Part shown: positions 24,339-37,996 of the stretch, piece by piece
Layout of the letters: each line of letters begins with the position of its first letter
Numbering within the stretch: position 1 is the stretch's first letter
Origin: Cirrosporium novae-zelandiae
Taxonomy: Eukaryota
Length of the DNA stretch: 64,000 nt
Assembly: GCA_026023565.1 (NCBI GenBank)
Contig: JAPETS010000017.1
Coordinates: 186,001 to 250,000, forward strand
Reading direction: 5' to 3'
Program-made: the position numbers and the translations under genes
The notes under the pieces: generated by a model
Database searches by the model: none
Told to the model about the DNA's origin: nothing
Seen by the model: only the letters and a program-made list of their open reading frames with translations

Positions 24339-27300
24339 TTAGATAAACCTCACCTCCTCCAATAACCCAGCCCTTACCTGCACCAGCGCCGCCAGCTCAA
24401 GAATAAATTCTTGGAGTAATATAGCGTTTGTGAGAAGGTGGTTGAGTGAGACTTCTTTCACATTCTTGCTATTCTGACCGTCGCCCTTGTGGGAATTGAG
24501 ACCTTCCGTTGTTTCGGGTTCGGCATCCTTGGATGCATCCTCGGGGGTTTCGTCTTGGTTATTGTTATTGTTTGTCTCTCCTGCAGATGATCCCTGGTCA
24601 ATGGAATTGAATGCAGCAAGGGTGTGGTGGCCCTCGTTCCCGCTTTTGATGCTGCTGGTTTCACTTTCCCCGTATACGCTTAGAGGAGGACCATCGGAAG
24701 CGCTTCTGTTCTCGACATCCCCTCTTCCCACTGGAATCATGATTTTCCTTCTTAGAAGTTCATCATTTTCACCAAACAGCGAGTCTCCCAACGATCTCTT
24801 CCTGTGATGTTGTGGGGGTGCTAGCATTCTCTTGAACGAGGACTGGGACTTTGATTTCCCAATTTCACTTCCCGGCATTGCTGGCGAGCGAGACCTTACC
24901 GTCGCTTTGGACGAGAGACCAAGTTTCCCCGACAGTGAACTTGAATTGTCCGCGTCAAGATCGTTACGTTCACGAACACGTAGAGGGCGTCCAGGAGAAC
25001 TAGACCGGGATAGCGGATCACCAAGTATACGCTGCGAAATAGACTCTAAGCGATGGCTACTCGGCGAAGAAACAAAGGGTCGGTTTACAGATTCTTCAGA
25101 GCGGCGAGGCGTTTGAGGAGTTTGGTTGAAACCAGCTCTAGTATTAGGTGAACGACTACTAGCCCGAGATTTAACCTTGTCGCTGAAAAAGAGTTCCCTG
25201 CGTTGTGCAAGAAGAGAATCAAAGTTTGGAATCTCTGCTCGCCATACGTCAAGCATGCTGACAGTATCTTGTAGTCGAGCAATGACAGGTGGTGTCTTTT
25301 CCTTTGACCATGATGGAGCTTGTCGTATCTTTTTAATGGAATGGAGGTGTGCTTGTGCAGGACTGTTTGCTAAGCTAAGGAGTTCATCGAGCTCCTTTAG
25401 CTCAGAACCTAGATCGTCATCCTGAGCATCCTCGTCTACTTCATCAACATCATACTCATAGGCAAAAGGATCAACGAGCAGCCAGCCTTCAAGGTGCATA
25501 TGCGCACAGGATGCCAGGTCTGTGATGGCTCCAGTCAAACTAAGGTTGACTTCCACGCTATTGCTAAAGAAGGTATCCAACAGCATTAGTAAAGATTTTA
25601 GTACTGGATCTTCTGCTAGCAGTCTATGAGGTATCACGGCGCGTGGACCAAAGTTCGCCTGGTCTGCTTCTTTTGATTTCCAATCCCCATAATTAGAAGC
25701 TAGGACTTGCATTGTGCAGGGATGGCTTTCAATAAGGCTCATTTCATCTTTAAGATGGGCATCATAAGATATTTCAAGGCTCTCGTCCTGAGTTATAGAC
25801 TCCGCAAGGCCCATAAAAAGCTCCAACTCTGCGTGAAGCCCACCGATCGTTCGCTGAGATTCAGCCGCTGCCGGTAGGACTTTCAACATAGTGAACATGG
25901 CATATTTGTGAAATTTTCGAAGAATGATAGACACTAGTTTGAGTGTCGCAGCAACAGTCTGCTGGCTTTTAGATCGAAGTCCCCCCTTTATAAGGTCAAC
26001 CAGAGTAAAAAGGGTTGGCGAATCTTGCTCATCCTTTTCGGCCACCATTTGGAGTAGTAGAAGGGACTTCCGACGACTCTCAGACACACGCCTCCTTCTT
26101 GATGATGATGACTTTGGAACGGGCTTTGGATCGTCGGGTAAAGCGAGGAGGTAGTGTAAGATGCTATGAATCAAATCAGGATGGTCTATTGACTCAAGTA
26201 TTCGGCGAAGATAGTTAAAGACGGCAGCTTGTGAGCCACCATCAAAGTCAGAAGACTCTAAAAGGGATGGGTATCTGAACATCAGTTAGCGTGGGTAAAC
26301 TACACGTTTGAACGGACTGTCTGACAATAACTGCTGTAAGAACAAAGCCTGAAAATGGTCTAGTAGCGTCTGTTTAATTTCGTACGAGGGACAGTGCTCC
26401 AGCACATCCTGCCAGAACATCAGATGTGATATAAAGGTTTCCATTGACCCATAATATTCCCGATGGCTTTCTACATCATGCTCAGACGGTTGCGTTGCTT
26501 TATAGTCGGAATATGCTAGTACAGGAGGCAGTTGTCCAGACGGAATGGTATACTCGGCTTTTCTATTTCAGGTCAGCGGACATAACACACCTTACTATAT
26601 ATCTAAACCGTACCTGCTTAGCTGGCTGTACTGGGCTCCAAGACCGCTTGCCATTAACGTCGCGAGATCACTTTCGACTATCCATCTCTCCAAGTCCTCC
26701 GAGTGAGCAGAAGCTTCAATCATATAGAGAACACCCATCCGGGCAAACTCTCCGATCTTCCCTTCATGATGCCACAAGTCCCGTAGCACGTAAAATAGGG
26801 GGAAGTCGTCTTTGTGTAGAGCTCCGACGAATTTAGACCTCTCGTTATCGTCGAGATCTTTTCCATCTTGTGACCCCGAGTTGGAGAAAGAGAACCATGC
26901 AGATAAAAGTTCCGGTTGTAGTCTGATTTTAGTAGCAATTCCAAACAGCAGTTCTGTTATTCTCGCAATTGTGTCTTCTGATACTATGACTCCATTGGGG
27001 CCCGAAATATGTTCTGCAAAGTTCATCAATGCTTTGGAAAACCCAGGATTGCTAACAAACTCCTCCTGCTCGCTGTCAACCAAGTCATTGAAGAGGGTTA
27101 TTGTCAAATCGATAATGGCTTCATCGTCAACAGATGTCGCGATGGCGGATATGGTCTCGTAAACCCGCCATGTGAAAGCGGCGGAAAGGGATACATGAGG
27201 AGCGGGAAGTCGAGTTTCATCGTCGAGGATTTTAACCAGGTCATGGAGGCATTTGCGAATCGTGTCTGTCGCAACATAATCTTTGGATAGCAAGCCTGAT

Positions 27301-27556
27301 GCTGCTTGCCATGTGTTCTTTCCATATATTAGATATAATGACCTCAGGCCCAAAACAGCGAGAAGGGTCTCACCAGAAGTTTTCCGTAGATCTTTTTGAA
27401 TTGAGAGAGTCGTTGTTGAGGTCTATTGATTAAAGATTGCTTGCTAGAGGGCGAAGCTCCGATGCCTCCAATGAGGCGGGACCACTGGAACCTATGCTTT
27501 AGTACACGTTTCGTTACAAAATGTCATGTAGAAATGGGAGAACATACAAAGTCCAT
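24339..27556 (-). CDS. FHIP / FAM160 / RAI16-like protein (FTS-Hook-FHIP complex subunit); multi-exon
   Basis: A 9-nt first exon MDF (27548-27556) splices to WSRLIGG. Motifs FPLFY, GEFARMG.LY, SDLATLMASGLGA.YSQLSR, FFSNSVEVNLSLTG.I..LA and C-terminal VSLNHLLTNAILLQEFILELAALVQVRAGL. Confidence 0.88.
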
Positions 27557-27967
27557 TTTGCTGTCTCCTTCATTTTGTTGCTACACCGTCCATACTGAAG
27601 AAGCAGTAAACACGGAGGTTGCGATGATTCTCGCGTTTCACTTTGCCTGGACGAATGATAAAGCGGCACACACCAAAGTTGGGGCTCACGGGCTTAACCT
27701 TCCATTCGGCAGTCGACCAAATTTCAACTCAATATTTCGAGAGGCAAGCACCACGAAGCCTACGGATGCCACAAATACGATCAAGGTTTACGAAATTAAT
27801 TGGAAAATGGATATGGAATTTCGAATGCCATCATTGCCGAAAGTAAAAACCATCATCGGCGCCTTTAAATGCGCGAGTGTTGTCAGTTCCCTTTCCTCTC
27901 GTGTCGCAGCCGAAACGCCTGAACGCAACTGAACAAATGCCACCATAAGCTCTGCTTTTGTACCACC

Positions 27968-28782
27968 TTAAAACTCATCACTATCCTTTCTCCTTTTGCC
28001 TCTCCCACCTCTCCGTTTCCTTCCCTCTGTTGGCTCATCGTCATCGTCATCTTGCTTCTTCTCGTTAGGAGCAGGTGCATCTGGGACTCTGGCCACAATA
28101 TCTGCTAAAAAATCGAATGCATCGTCGTGGGCAACTGCTGCCTTGAGATGAGCAGCAGTAACACGTTTGGAAGACCTTGCTCTCGCCTCATCTGCTGATT
28201 TTGTGACCAGAGAAATCATAAAGAGCTCGAGTGCTTTGGCTAAAGAGAAGAACAGATGTTAGTTTGGGGCCAGGAAAACACAGAAGATTTACACGTACAA
28301 ACTGCGATTGGAGTTACCTGTGAAACTTTACCCACTTCCTCGTCTGCTTGCATAATGCGTTTGATTCGTGCGACGGGAAATTTCGTCTTAACCTCAATAC
28401 CCTCCGCGAATGCTGGCGTTTTACCACTGCTATCAACTAAAGGTAGAGGAGGGACGGCGGGGGCTTGTTTATTTCTTCCTCTCCCTCTAGGTTTGGGCTG
28501 GGTAACTTGAGGTGCCCATTGTTGCCCCTCATCATCTTTAACGGCGGCGCGTCGAGCCATGTCTGGATGCGGAAAGGTAGAAAAAGGATAACCCTGTAGA
28601 CCGTTTGCAGATTGTGGAGAGAAATAAGGGCTCGCGTCGTAAGAAGCTCTATGGGTTGCCCTATGGGTGTAGGAGCTATTGTAAAAATTATTATGGGAGG
28701 GATTGCCCTGAGAATGTGAAAATGCAGATAAATCCGGCGATCGAGGACGATATTCATAAGAGCCTTCCGCCGGCTCGGCCAT
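27968..28782 (-). CDS. BUR6: Negative cofactor 2 alpha subunit (Bur6/DRAP1), histone fold; 2 exons
   Basis: [46 protein letters not shown]...HLKAAV...FDFLADIV; intron 28240-28298. Confidence 0.92.
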
Positions 28783-30180
28783 AATGAGGTAAGCTCGCCT
28801 CTTATGTTTGCTGGTCTGTGGGGTGGGCCGTGGAACGATTTGCTGCAGGGGTGGTCTGGAGAGTTCGGAAGCTTGCTTTCGAGGCTCTTTTAAATTCGGA
28901 AAAGCTGGGTAACTATTCAATATAAAAATTCCTATTCAAGCCTGCAACAACACTATACACGTCCGGGTTAGGAAGGAAGGTACTGTAAATAATGGACCTG
29001 ATTGGCTGATCCCAAACAGGCTTAGATGTGAAATCACCTGACACACCGAGAAACCCTTCTTCACTGAAAAGGTTCTTAGTGGTCTTGGTCTTCTTGATCT
29101 GCTTGGTCTGCTTTTGTTGGCCTTAGGCTGCAACTGGCTGCAAGGTGGTTTGCTGGTGTTTGCTGATGATGGCTCACTGGACGGGTTATGGGCCAATGGA
29201 ACCTAATTGGCTTTGGCTTTCTGGCTTCTGGCTTTTGGCTCTGGCTCTGATTCTGACCCTGGTACTTGACCCTGGCTCTGGCTCTGCTCTGGCTCTCGCT
29301 TGATGCTTCTTTCTTCTTAACTGTCTGATGTCAATTGTCCGAGAAGTCCGTGGTCACCCACTCACCAGCCCTGGGGACCTCACGGACCTAAATACTTTCA
29401 TTTCTCGACAGGACCCTTTCACTTCTTTCTACACTTGCCTGCCTTGGCGCTAGGCCTTTCAGCGCGCTTGCAACCTTTAAACCCACCTCTCCATATTTTC
29501 TTGTCTCACCAAACATTCAATAATCATCATCCTCAAGAGATATCTGAATGCCATTTATCTATCATCCATTTTATCTAAATTCATTTTCTAAACCATCATC
29601 CTTCTAATCATCGTCATCACACATGGTGGTTTCATGCAAAACAGCCACGTTGGATTTCTTCTCATGTTTCCTATTTCGCTTACCGTGTATCCTTGTCGCG
29701 TTTTCTTTCCAATTCCAATACAGACTCCTATGATTGAATGATGACAGCAAGGCTCTGGAGACCTTTTTGACATGCAAACAACTGTCAAATTTCCTTTCTG
29801 TAACAATGGCCACTGTCGTATCCGTTGACTGAAGCTGAGAAGAAATTCTATGGTTTTGGCTTCGGATTGATGACATGTCGTTGAGAAAGGGATATCGGTC
29901 GCTGATGGAAATTACTTGATCTAATCTGACAAAAAAAAAATACTTGAGTCATGTGTCAGCCTAATGACATTTTCCTTGTGAATCATTTGCCCCTTTCCAG
30001 GATACAATCCTTCCTCGGTATCCCTGGGTTGTATTGAATCAGGCAACCTTGAATTCGATGACGCAAAATCTGTTGGGGCTCACGATGTGGCAACATGCAG
30101 AATCCGGTAGTGAATAAAGCCGAATCTGAAATATACAAACAAAATTGATGGTATTCGCCGTGTTCTAAAAGTATCCAACT

Positions 30181-31410
30181 TCATTTTACTTCCCTTTTCA
30201 ATTTTAGTATATCCGATAACTTGACCCCCCCTTTCTGGCCCCATCCATTAGGCCCAGACTGAACTTCCGGTCTTATCTGTACATACCATCCCCAGGATCG
30301 ACTATCCAAGTCCTCTGCGCTCAAAACGGATGCCCATGAGCTAAACAATATTTCCAATGCTCCTAAAAGTAGAGCGAGTGCCCTTTCTTTCTCTGCAATG
30401 AGTGCCGAGGCTGTTAACTTTGAACCTTTTATTTGAGGTTCCGCAGAAGGCTCGTGAGCGATGGAGAATGATTTGAGGAGATAGGATCGCGCAAACTGAG
30501 GAGTGTAGATTGGTAGAGCCGTAGTTGTATCCGGCCTCTCGACCCATCCACTTTTTGCACTTGAACGAAGAGCTTCGAGGTCAAGTGCCCAGAATGTCGT
30601 CTCATACACTGCTTTAGGCACCTTCATTGTATCTTGTTCATCATCTGAACCATTTTTGGTGTCATCATATTTACTATCATCACTAAGTGTCGCACTCGAC
30701 GCGAAGCTTGGCGTATCTTGTTCCTCAAGATAATATCTTCGAAGAACCCTAACTTCCCTTCTCATTATCTTGACTAGAGGCTGTCCTTGACCCCAACCCT
30801 CTTCTTCGGCACTTTTACTACCTTCTAATCCCAAACTGATAGCCTTGCTTCTACTATTCATGCTCACTACTGCTTGCGCCAAGCTTAATCTGCTTGAAAG
30901 AGGTTGTAAGGGCATTGTATATTTTAGAAGGGTTACTGTAAAGGCGAGAAATAGCGGAGCACGATTGGTAATTATAGTTGTTGACGACAGTATGGTAGTA
31001 TCATGTATAGACGATGGGAGTGTAATAGAATTCGATGTAGTCTGCATTGACGATCCTGAAAGCTCAGTGCGCTTTGAAGAAGATTCTGCAGAGGTAGAAT
31101 CGGATGGCCGCTTCTTGGTTTGGTGTTTGGCTGCATTGTGGACCTGCTTGGCGATTTTAGAATCTGATATAGCCCTCTCAAGTGTTTTAAGGTCTGTCCT
31201 GGAGATTTCCAAGGAACTGAGGATATGTTAGCAAATATGAGCTAGAGTCCTAGACAATTCACATATTTGGAAACTTGAGGTGCTTGGGATCAACCTAGTG
31301 AGATCAGCTTTTTGCAAATCCTTCACCTTCCTCATGGCAGTAGCTAGGGGAAGTTTGGCATCTTGAGAGAGAAAACGAAGTAGTGCTTCAAGTTCCTCCT
31401 TCGTCGACAT
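30181..31410 (-). CDS. Conserved fungal hypothetical protein; 2 exons
   Basis: Intron 31217-31294 joins the two ORFs in frame. Conserved-looking blocks TNRAPLFLAF, QPLSSRLSLAQAVVS.NSRSKA.SLGL and WGWYVQIRPEVQSG..GWGQKG. Confidence 0.75.
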
Positions 31411-31695
31411 AGTAACAATTTTAAGATGAATATGTCGAAGGGTGATATAGCATATCTCACTTTCAGAAGAGCGAGCTTGCGAGAATATTTAATTAGGAGG
31501 TATTTTGTTTCTTATGTAGAGTAGTTGTAACTTGTAGCCCCTCACGCCTTAGAGAATGAGGGGCATGAACTCCGCTGCCGAGCCTAGAGCTCTATCGTAG
31601 GGCTGGAGATTAATGACAGCATTCAGTCGCAAAACAACGAAAGTACCACCAAAAGATAATTACTTTGAGTGACAGAAGCTCTGTGGAGCTGAAAC

Positions 31696-34600
31696 ATGGA
31701 GTCGACGGGGAGTCGCGCTTTTCAAAAGGCAATTTGCTCTACATGTCACCGAAAAATTAGCTAACAGGAAGCAGCTTAAGCCTCTATGCGTAGAGTTGCT
31801 CAAACTTGCTCTCGACTTTGACCGTGGAACAGCCAGTGGCAGAGATGTCACTAATTCGATCCAGGACTTCTATCGTATTCTCAGCGAGGTCGCTACAGAG
31901 GGATCTCTAGACTCAAAACTCGCCGAATATACCTTCCTCCCTCTTGGGCACGTATTCCGCCAATCCAAGCAGCTACCCTTACGATGCAATGAGCTTGCGA
32001 TCCGGTGTTTACGGTTCTTGGTCGCAGATGGATGGGGTCTTGCACTTGCACCTGAACTTGCCAAACAGATTCTGATCTTACTGGTATTTTTTCTCGACCA
32101 AAAGTCCAATGCCGCCGTCAAAGTCAATCGTGAAGAGCTAAAGATTGCAACATATGAGTGCATGGTGGAGCTTTTTAAGGTTGTGTCAGCATCGTCGTCT
32201 TGCAAAGGGCTTCTTGCGGACACCGCACTCCTTCCAGGAGTGGGCCAGCTTATTGTTTCGCTGCTCGAAGATGCTAACCAAGGGGAATCACAAGATGTAC
32301 AGCTGGCTGCTATTTCAGTACTCGAGGCCTTTTCTCATGCAACGCAAAATAAGGACTTATTGGCACAATTCCTACCGGGCATTGTATCTTCTCTATCGAA
32401 AGCCCTACAACCTGAGCGAGCAGGGAAACACACTGCAAAAGTCCTCTCTAGTGCTCTCGTTACGCTAACAACTTTCATCAATGCTACTCTCAGTGATGCT
32501 GTAAACGATGATTCCACGAGCGACCAATCTCCGGAAGGCTGGTTAAATGCTACGGCAAGTCAAGTCAAAATTGCGCTAGGAACTATAATACATCTACGAA
32601 GACATGAAAGAGAAAAAGTCCGGAGTGCTTTACTCCAGTTATGCATGACCATCCTTGACCAGTGTGCCAGAACCCTTGCCAATTGCAAGCCCATGTTGAT
32701 CGAAACCGTATTGGTGCTTGCTAGCCAAAAACAGGTTGGCAATAACCAAGACGCAAAACTTTCACTTCAACAGCTGATTGCCCGTGACCCTGAAGTGATT
32801 GACATATCCAAGTCCAGCTTGGACACATGGACAACTGCTTTACCTCGTGTACTCAGCTCAAACGATGACAATTCAAGAGAACGACTGCTTGATCAGATAT
32901 TTTCGTCACTCAACCTTCTATCCAACTATTCAGACGAATGTACGCATTTAGTTCAGGAAGTGGTCATACCAAATATATGTTCAGGTATTGCAGGAGCTGT
33001 GCATGGTCTCTCGTTGCAGAAATCAAATTCGAATGCAACGAACAGCAATTCTCTTCAGTTGATATCTACTGACCTCTTAGTATCCAAATCCTCTTTTCAG
33101 CCCGTGCTCTTAAACCACAATCGTGACAAAGTAATATCCTTGAAGCTCGAATCGATAGCCAGGCTTGTCGCTCTTTCGCCTATGTTCCCTCAAGTTACCA
33201 GGTCCATTCTCAACCAATTATTAGTGTCATCGGGAGAAGATCAAATTGCAAGTCTCTGGTTCGGCCTGAAGATATTCTCTTACTACGAGAAAGAGGTTGC
33301 AGTAATAGACGAATTTATAGATATTGACGATTCCTCGATCTCTACGTTTAATAACCTCGTTGGCGAGCTTTATGCCACGGCTCTCTCGTTCCTCCCAGGC
33401 TCCGCGTATTCAGAATCCACAGACCCGAGATTACCGTGCTTAGCACTTGAGGTTATTGGTTTTCAGGCGCGACGATTAAAGACAAACTTCCGACCCGAAC
33501 TCATGGATACACTATACCCAATACTCCATTTTATGGGTTCTTCTAATCCAGTTTTAAGTTCTCACGCCATGGTGTGCTTGAACGTTACCTCGTCTGCGTG
33601 TGCATATCCTTCAGTTCGCGAATTGATTGTTGATAATGTTGATTACCTTGTTAATGCTATTGGCTTAAAACTTAATACCTTTGATATTTCTCCACAAGCC
33701 CCTCAGGTCTTGTCCATGATTGTTAAGCTGTGTGGGCCATCACTCCTCCCATACTTGGATGATCTTGTAGCTTCTCTCTTTACTGCCTTGGATTGTTTTC
33801 ATGGCTATCCTGATTTGGTAGAAAGGCTGTTTGCGGTGCTAGCAACAATCGTGGAAGAAGGGTCAAAAGGAGCAGATAAAATGATTGAAGAGAAGAAATC
33901 TGATAAGCATTTAAAAAAGCCGTATACTCCTCCAAGCATCGAAGAGGTTACAAAACTGCTCAGCGAGAAAAAGGAAAAAGAAGTACAGACACATAATCCA
34001 AGAATCGAGGAACTCCTAGACGAAGAAACGCCACAGACTCGCTGGAAATCTGAATTTAATTCGAAAATCCAGAAAACCGAATCAGAACCCGACCAAGACA
34101 TGGACGACGAAGACTCCCTTACCGAGCCCTCCAAAGGCAACACCTCCCTCGAGGAATCCAAACCCACCACCTCTCAGACCCTCCTCCACCGCATCTCCAC
34201 GTTCTCCCAATACCATCTTACCTCACCTTCCCCACTCCTCCGTCAACGAATCCTACACCTCCTCTCAACCTCCATCCCTACCCTCTCCCAATCCGAAGAT
34301 ACATTTCTCCCCCTCATAAACGACCTCTGGCCCGTAGTCCTCCACCGTCTCTATGACCCCGAACCATTCGTCAAAGTCGCCGCCGCAAATGTCATCGTGG
34401 GTTTTTGCACAGGAGCAGGGGACTTCATGGCAGGTAGAGTCCGAGACGAATGGAAAGTTCTAACTACAACATACCAAAAAACCTATAAAAGGGTCCAGAC
34501 CGAGAGAAAAAATAAAGGAAAAGATGCCAGGTTTGTGCCCGAGTACCAAGTTTGGGAGGCCTTCGTAAAGCTACTGGTCGCCGTTGCCGGACACGTCAGA

Positions 34601-34810
34601 TTGGATCTAGATATGGAAGACGATATCGTTGGCATGCTCGCGGATGAAATTTCCACGAGCAGAGAGATTAGAGACGCGTTGACGGCACTGAATCCCGATG
34701 CCGTGTGGCTGGAAACCGTGAAACGGGGCAGTGGTAGGAGCTTGCTGGACGTGCAGAAGGTCCCACCGCAGTTAGAGGAGGAGTGGGTGTTTAAGCCTGT
34801 CGTGGTGTGA
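31696..34810 (+). CDS. TTI1: TEL2-interacting protein 1 (TTT co-chaperone complex, HEAT repeats); 2 exons
   Basis: ~1020-aa HEAT-like protein with RAFQK|LKPLCVEL, LAEYTFLPL, FLPGIVSSL, ELIVDNVDYLVNAI, LLPYLDDLV and FLPLINDLWP. First intron 31729-31774 is predicted GC-AG. Confidence 0.88.
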
Positions 34811-35632
34811 AATGTAAATAAATACTTCCTTCCAATGGAACATGATGATGATGATGGATTGATGACAGTACCCCGTGTGATATTCAATAGATGTATGGAT
34901 GAAACTGCACCCCTACCTACCACGAACCTTACATCCCCTTTATACCATCAACGAATCCTTAGATTCCCAGAGTACAGCAGACATATCCTCACACATAAAA
35001 ATAGCATAGCATATCTACATCTAAACAAACAGAGAGAAAAAGAATATAGGAATACTAGAGATAGCATCATCAGCAGAAGTTGTGATCCAAAAATCAAATA
35101 CAAAGATGTAAAAGTATGTGGGTTTTTATTCATTCTAGGATTCCTTGATTGAAGACTTGGACCTAGAGCTTTTATTATATTTGGATGTTTGTTTGGTTGG
35201 CTAGCTGGTTGGGTAGTTGGTTTTTTATATGTATCGGGTGAGCTGAAGGAAACGAAAGTGCGCCCCCCCCTTGTGAGGGGGACTATATTCTAGAAGAAGT
35301 CTGTATATGTGTATGTATATATATATTACTTTCTATACAAGGAAGGTGACCAAGATCATCTTCTGGCAACTTAACTTAACCCAACTCACTCAACCCAACA
35401 TACCATTTTCCTGCCTTTCATTCCCCCTAACTCCATCATTGTCATCATGATAAATGAATAAAATCCCATACACCCACTCACCATCCATCCATCCAAGGCC
35501 ATACAGAATGCATGATATGGAAACTGTAGTAGTTACCCAGGTTCTTGAAACCCCATCATATAAGAATCTCTCTCACTATCCCACATGATTACTTAATAAC
35601 GTCATGAATCATCTCTCTCCAACCTCTTTCTG

Positions 35633-37284
35633 TCACATCTCCATCTCATCACCCCTACTGTGTGCCGGTGGCATCTGCCCACCATCACCCATATGTTTCA
35701 AAAACATACTCTTCCTAAAATAAGAATTCGGATGCAAAATCGTCTCCTTCATCTCCCCCTCCCAGTTCCCCTTATCCTTTGCCCTGCGGATATCATCCGC
35801 GTGCGCGTAGTCGAACACCCTGTTGCACGCAATGTGGTATCTTTTCTTTTCGATATCTTCGCGGACGCCCTTTAGGGTATCGCGGTCATGGATACCTGTT
35901 TGCTGGAGCAAGGAGATGAGGTTGTCGGGAGAAAAGTGGCGGTACGGACACCCGTGGGTTTCTCCAGGGCCAGGCGCGCGCTCCGTTAAGATTTTCTGGC
36001 AGGAGGGTGGGGAGTAGCCGCGGCCGCGGCGATTGGCGTCGCCGCCGACATCCCCGTAGGCGTGTCGAACATTGTAACGGTATTCTTTGTTAAAGACGTC
36101 GTCGGTGATCTTGGTGAAGGATTGTCTCCAGAATATTAGAGCTTGATCGAGGGAGAGGCCGAGGCCTTTGAGGAAGAGCGTGTATTGTAGTCGAGAATAA
36201 TGCTTTAGGTGAGAGTTTTCGCGGAGGTGTCGGTGTAGGTGCCGCATGCATAGGGGGAAGTGTTGGGAAAGGGCGTCGATGGATTGCGCCGTTGGGGCAC
36301 CACCTGGGGTTGGGTTTTCGGACTCGGTGAAGGTGGTATCGGGTGTGGTGAAGTTGTTGGAAAGGTGGTTCAAGATCGGTGTGAGACGATCATCTTCGTC
36401 GAGGCGGGGAAGAGCACGGCTTGTGAGCTAAATGTTAATGTTAGTATAGGTTGATTGAGGTTCAGGATGGGGGGCTTACCTGAAGTCCTTTATCCAGACG
36501 TTGTGTAAACTCGGCAAGAATCATGCTCATTTGCTCCCGCATTGGTACGTACGCTTTTCCTTGCCGTAAAAATACTCGTCGGTTCTCTACCAGCTCGGGC
36601 ACCCGCTCCCAGTCCACTTTAAACCAGTTCTCATCTTCCAGCCTTCTTACACCTGGTGTAGACGCTATTAATTTTTCCCCAAACTCGCGTTTTTCTTCGT
36701 CACCAACAGCTTCCCAATCAAAGTTCAGACTCTCCACAAAGGCTTGCCGCTCCCTGGTATCGTCGTTCTGAAAACGCAACCGGAATAGCGCAGCTTCCAC
36801 GCGTGAAAATCGCCGCCGCAAGTCCTCTGTTCCTGAGAAAGCAAGTCGAAGAATAAAGTGTGAGTAGTGATCCTTTTGGCGTTCAGCGCGGATGCGAGAA
36901 TCACGCGCCCCATGGGATGATGAGGTATTGGAGGAAAGTGGGAGGTATTTCTGTAGGAGCGGGGCCATATGGGAGGCCGTTTCTTGGGGAGATTTATTGC
37001 GAAATGAGCATGCTTCAAGTTCGGCAAGGACTTGATGGGATTGCGTCAGTTGGCTATTCAGGTTGCAATTAAATAATATCAAAAGACTCACTCTTCAGAC
37101 GGTCGATGGCCCATTGTTCAAATTGTTCGAGCGTTATCTCGGCGGTTGGAGGTATTTCATAAAAGTTAAGACGAAAAGGGTAGTCATTTTGCTTGAAGGA
37201 TGGATTTGCAAATTGACGTTTCTTGTAGTCAATTTCTGCCCTTCTCTTAGAATCAATGCGATTTTGGTTCTGGGTTCGAATCAT
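35633..37284 (-). CDS. PRI2: DNA primase large subunit (4Fe-4S); 3 exons
   Basis: YPFRLNFYEIPP.AEITLEQFEQWAIDRL, KDHYSHFILRLAF, FPLCM, HLKHYSRLQYTLFLKG, SCQKI, HGCPYRHF, YHIACNRVF, HPN. Introns 37031-37091 and 36428-36479. Confidence 0.96.
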
Positions 37285-37349
37285 TTTGGGGAATAAGGAC
37301 TCCTAGATTATTGGTGTACACTTGAGGTGGAAGGAATGTAGATGGGAAG

Positions 37350-37489
37350 ACGCGTTCCCACGATACTATAGAGGTTACGTGCTATCTTACGCGAACCCTT
37401 GCTATTTACTACAGTTAGCGTGCCTCAGGCATTAAACTCGCGTAGACCCGCTTATCGTCCAAGCTTCAAAGCCAAAATCTTAACCCTAA
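37350..37489. promoter_or_regulatory. PRI2 promoter with MCB-type elements, a TGCCTCAGGCA palindrome and a TAACCCTAA telobox
   Basis: ACGCGT 37350-55, ACGCGA 37389-94, TCGCGT 37438-43, TGCCTCAGGCA 37421-31, TAACCCTAA 37481-89. MCB boxes are typical of G1/S DNA-replication genes. Confidence 0.6.
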
Positions 37490-37996
37490 TCGACGGACTT
37501 AAATAGTATAAACCCCGCAGCCCATAGACTAATCCTTCCTAATGTTCTAGCCAGCTTCCAATACTAATTGTTAAGCGTACTTCAGTATATCTCGAGATGA
37601 TTTTTGCATCAGCAGAGAGATTCAAAATGAGTGTTTGTCAACTACTACTATATATAACTTCGCATCTACAGTTTCGCTTTCAATAAACATTGTGAAGACC
37701 GAAAACCCAAAATGTGAACAGTGTTATACATAGGCAACCGGTCAGTATTAGTAGCAGCAGGATACATTAATTGTCAATTATGGATTAGCTCTGTTGGTAG
37801 TCCAATCCTGATTAAACCTGGATTAAGTGCTAAGAATGCATGATTTGAAAACAAATATCTACAGTAGCGAAAGTACGTTCAACTTGTCAGCAGTGGGCAC
37901 AAGGCAGACGGACATCGATGGCCGAAAGACCGAATATATTCGAGAATATATATTCTATAGCATGCTCACAAGACTACAGAAATCCATCAACCTAAA

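Noticed and set aside
19848..24346. Numerous 60-180 aa ORFs in the velC-FHIP gap
   Set aside because: They are translations of microsatellites (poly-H, poly-P, FVSFR repeats), with no domain or consistent splice structure.
27426..27932. 168-aa + strand ORF
   Set aside because: Non-ATG start, overlaps FHIP exons 1-2 and promoter in antisense, no recognisable motif.
37481..37489. TAACCCTAA as a telomerase RNA template
   Set aside because: Only ~500 bp of space before the amidohydrolase pseudogene, and no pseudoknot or CR4/5 motif seen nearby; better read as a promoter telobox.
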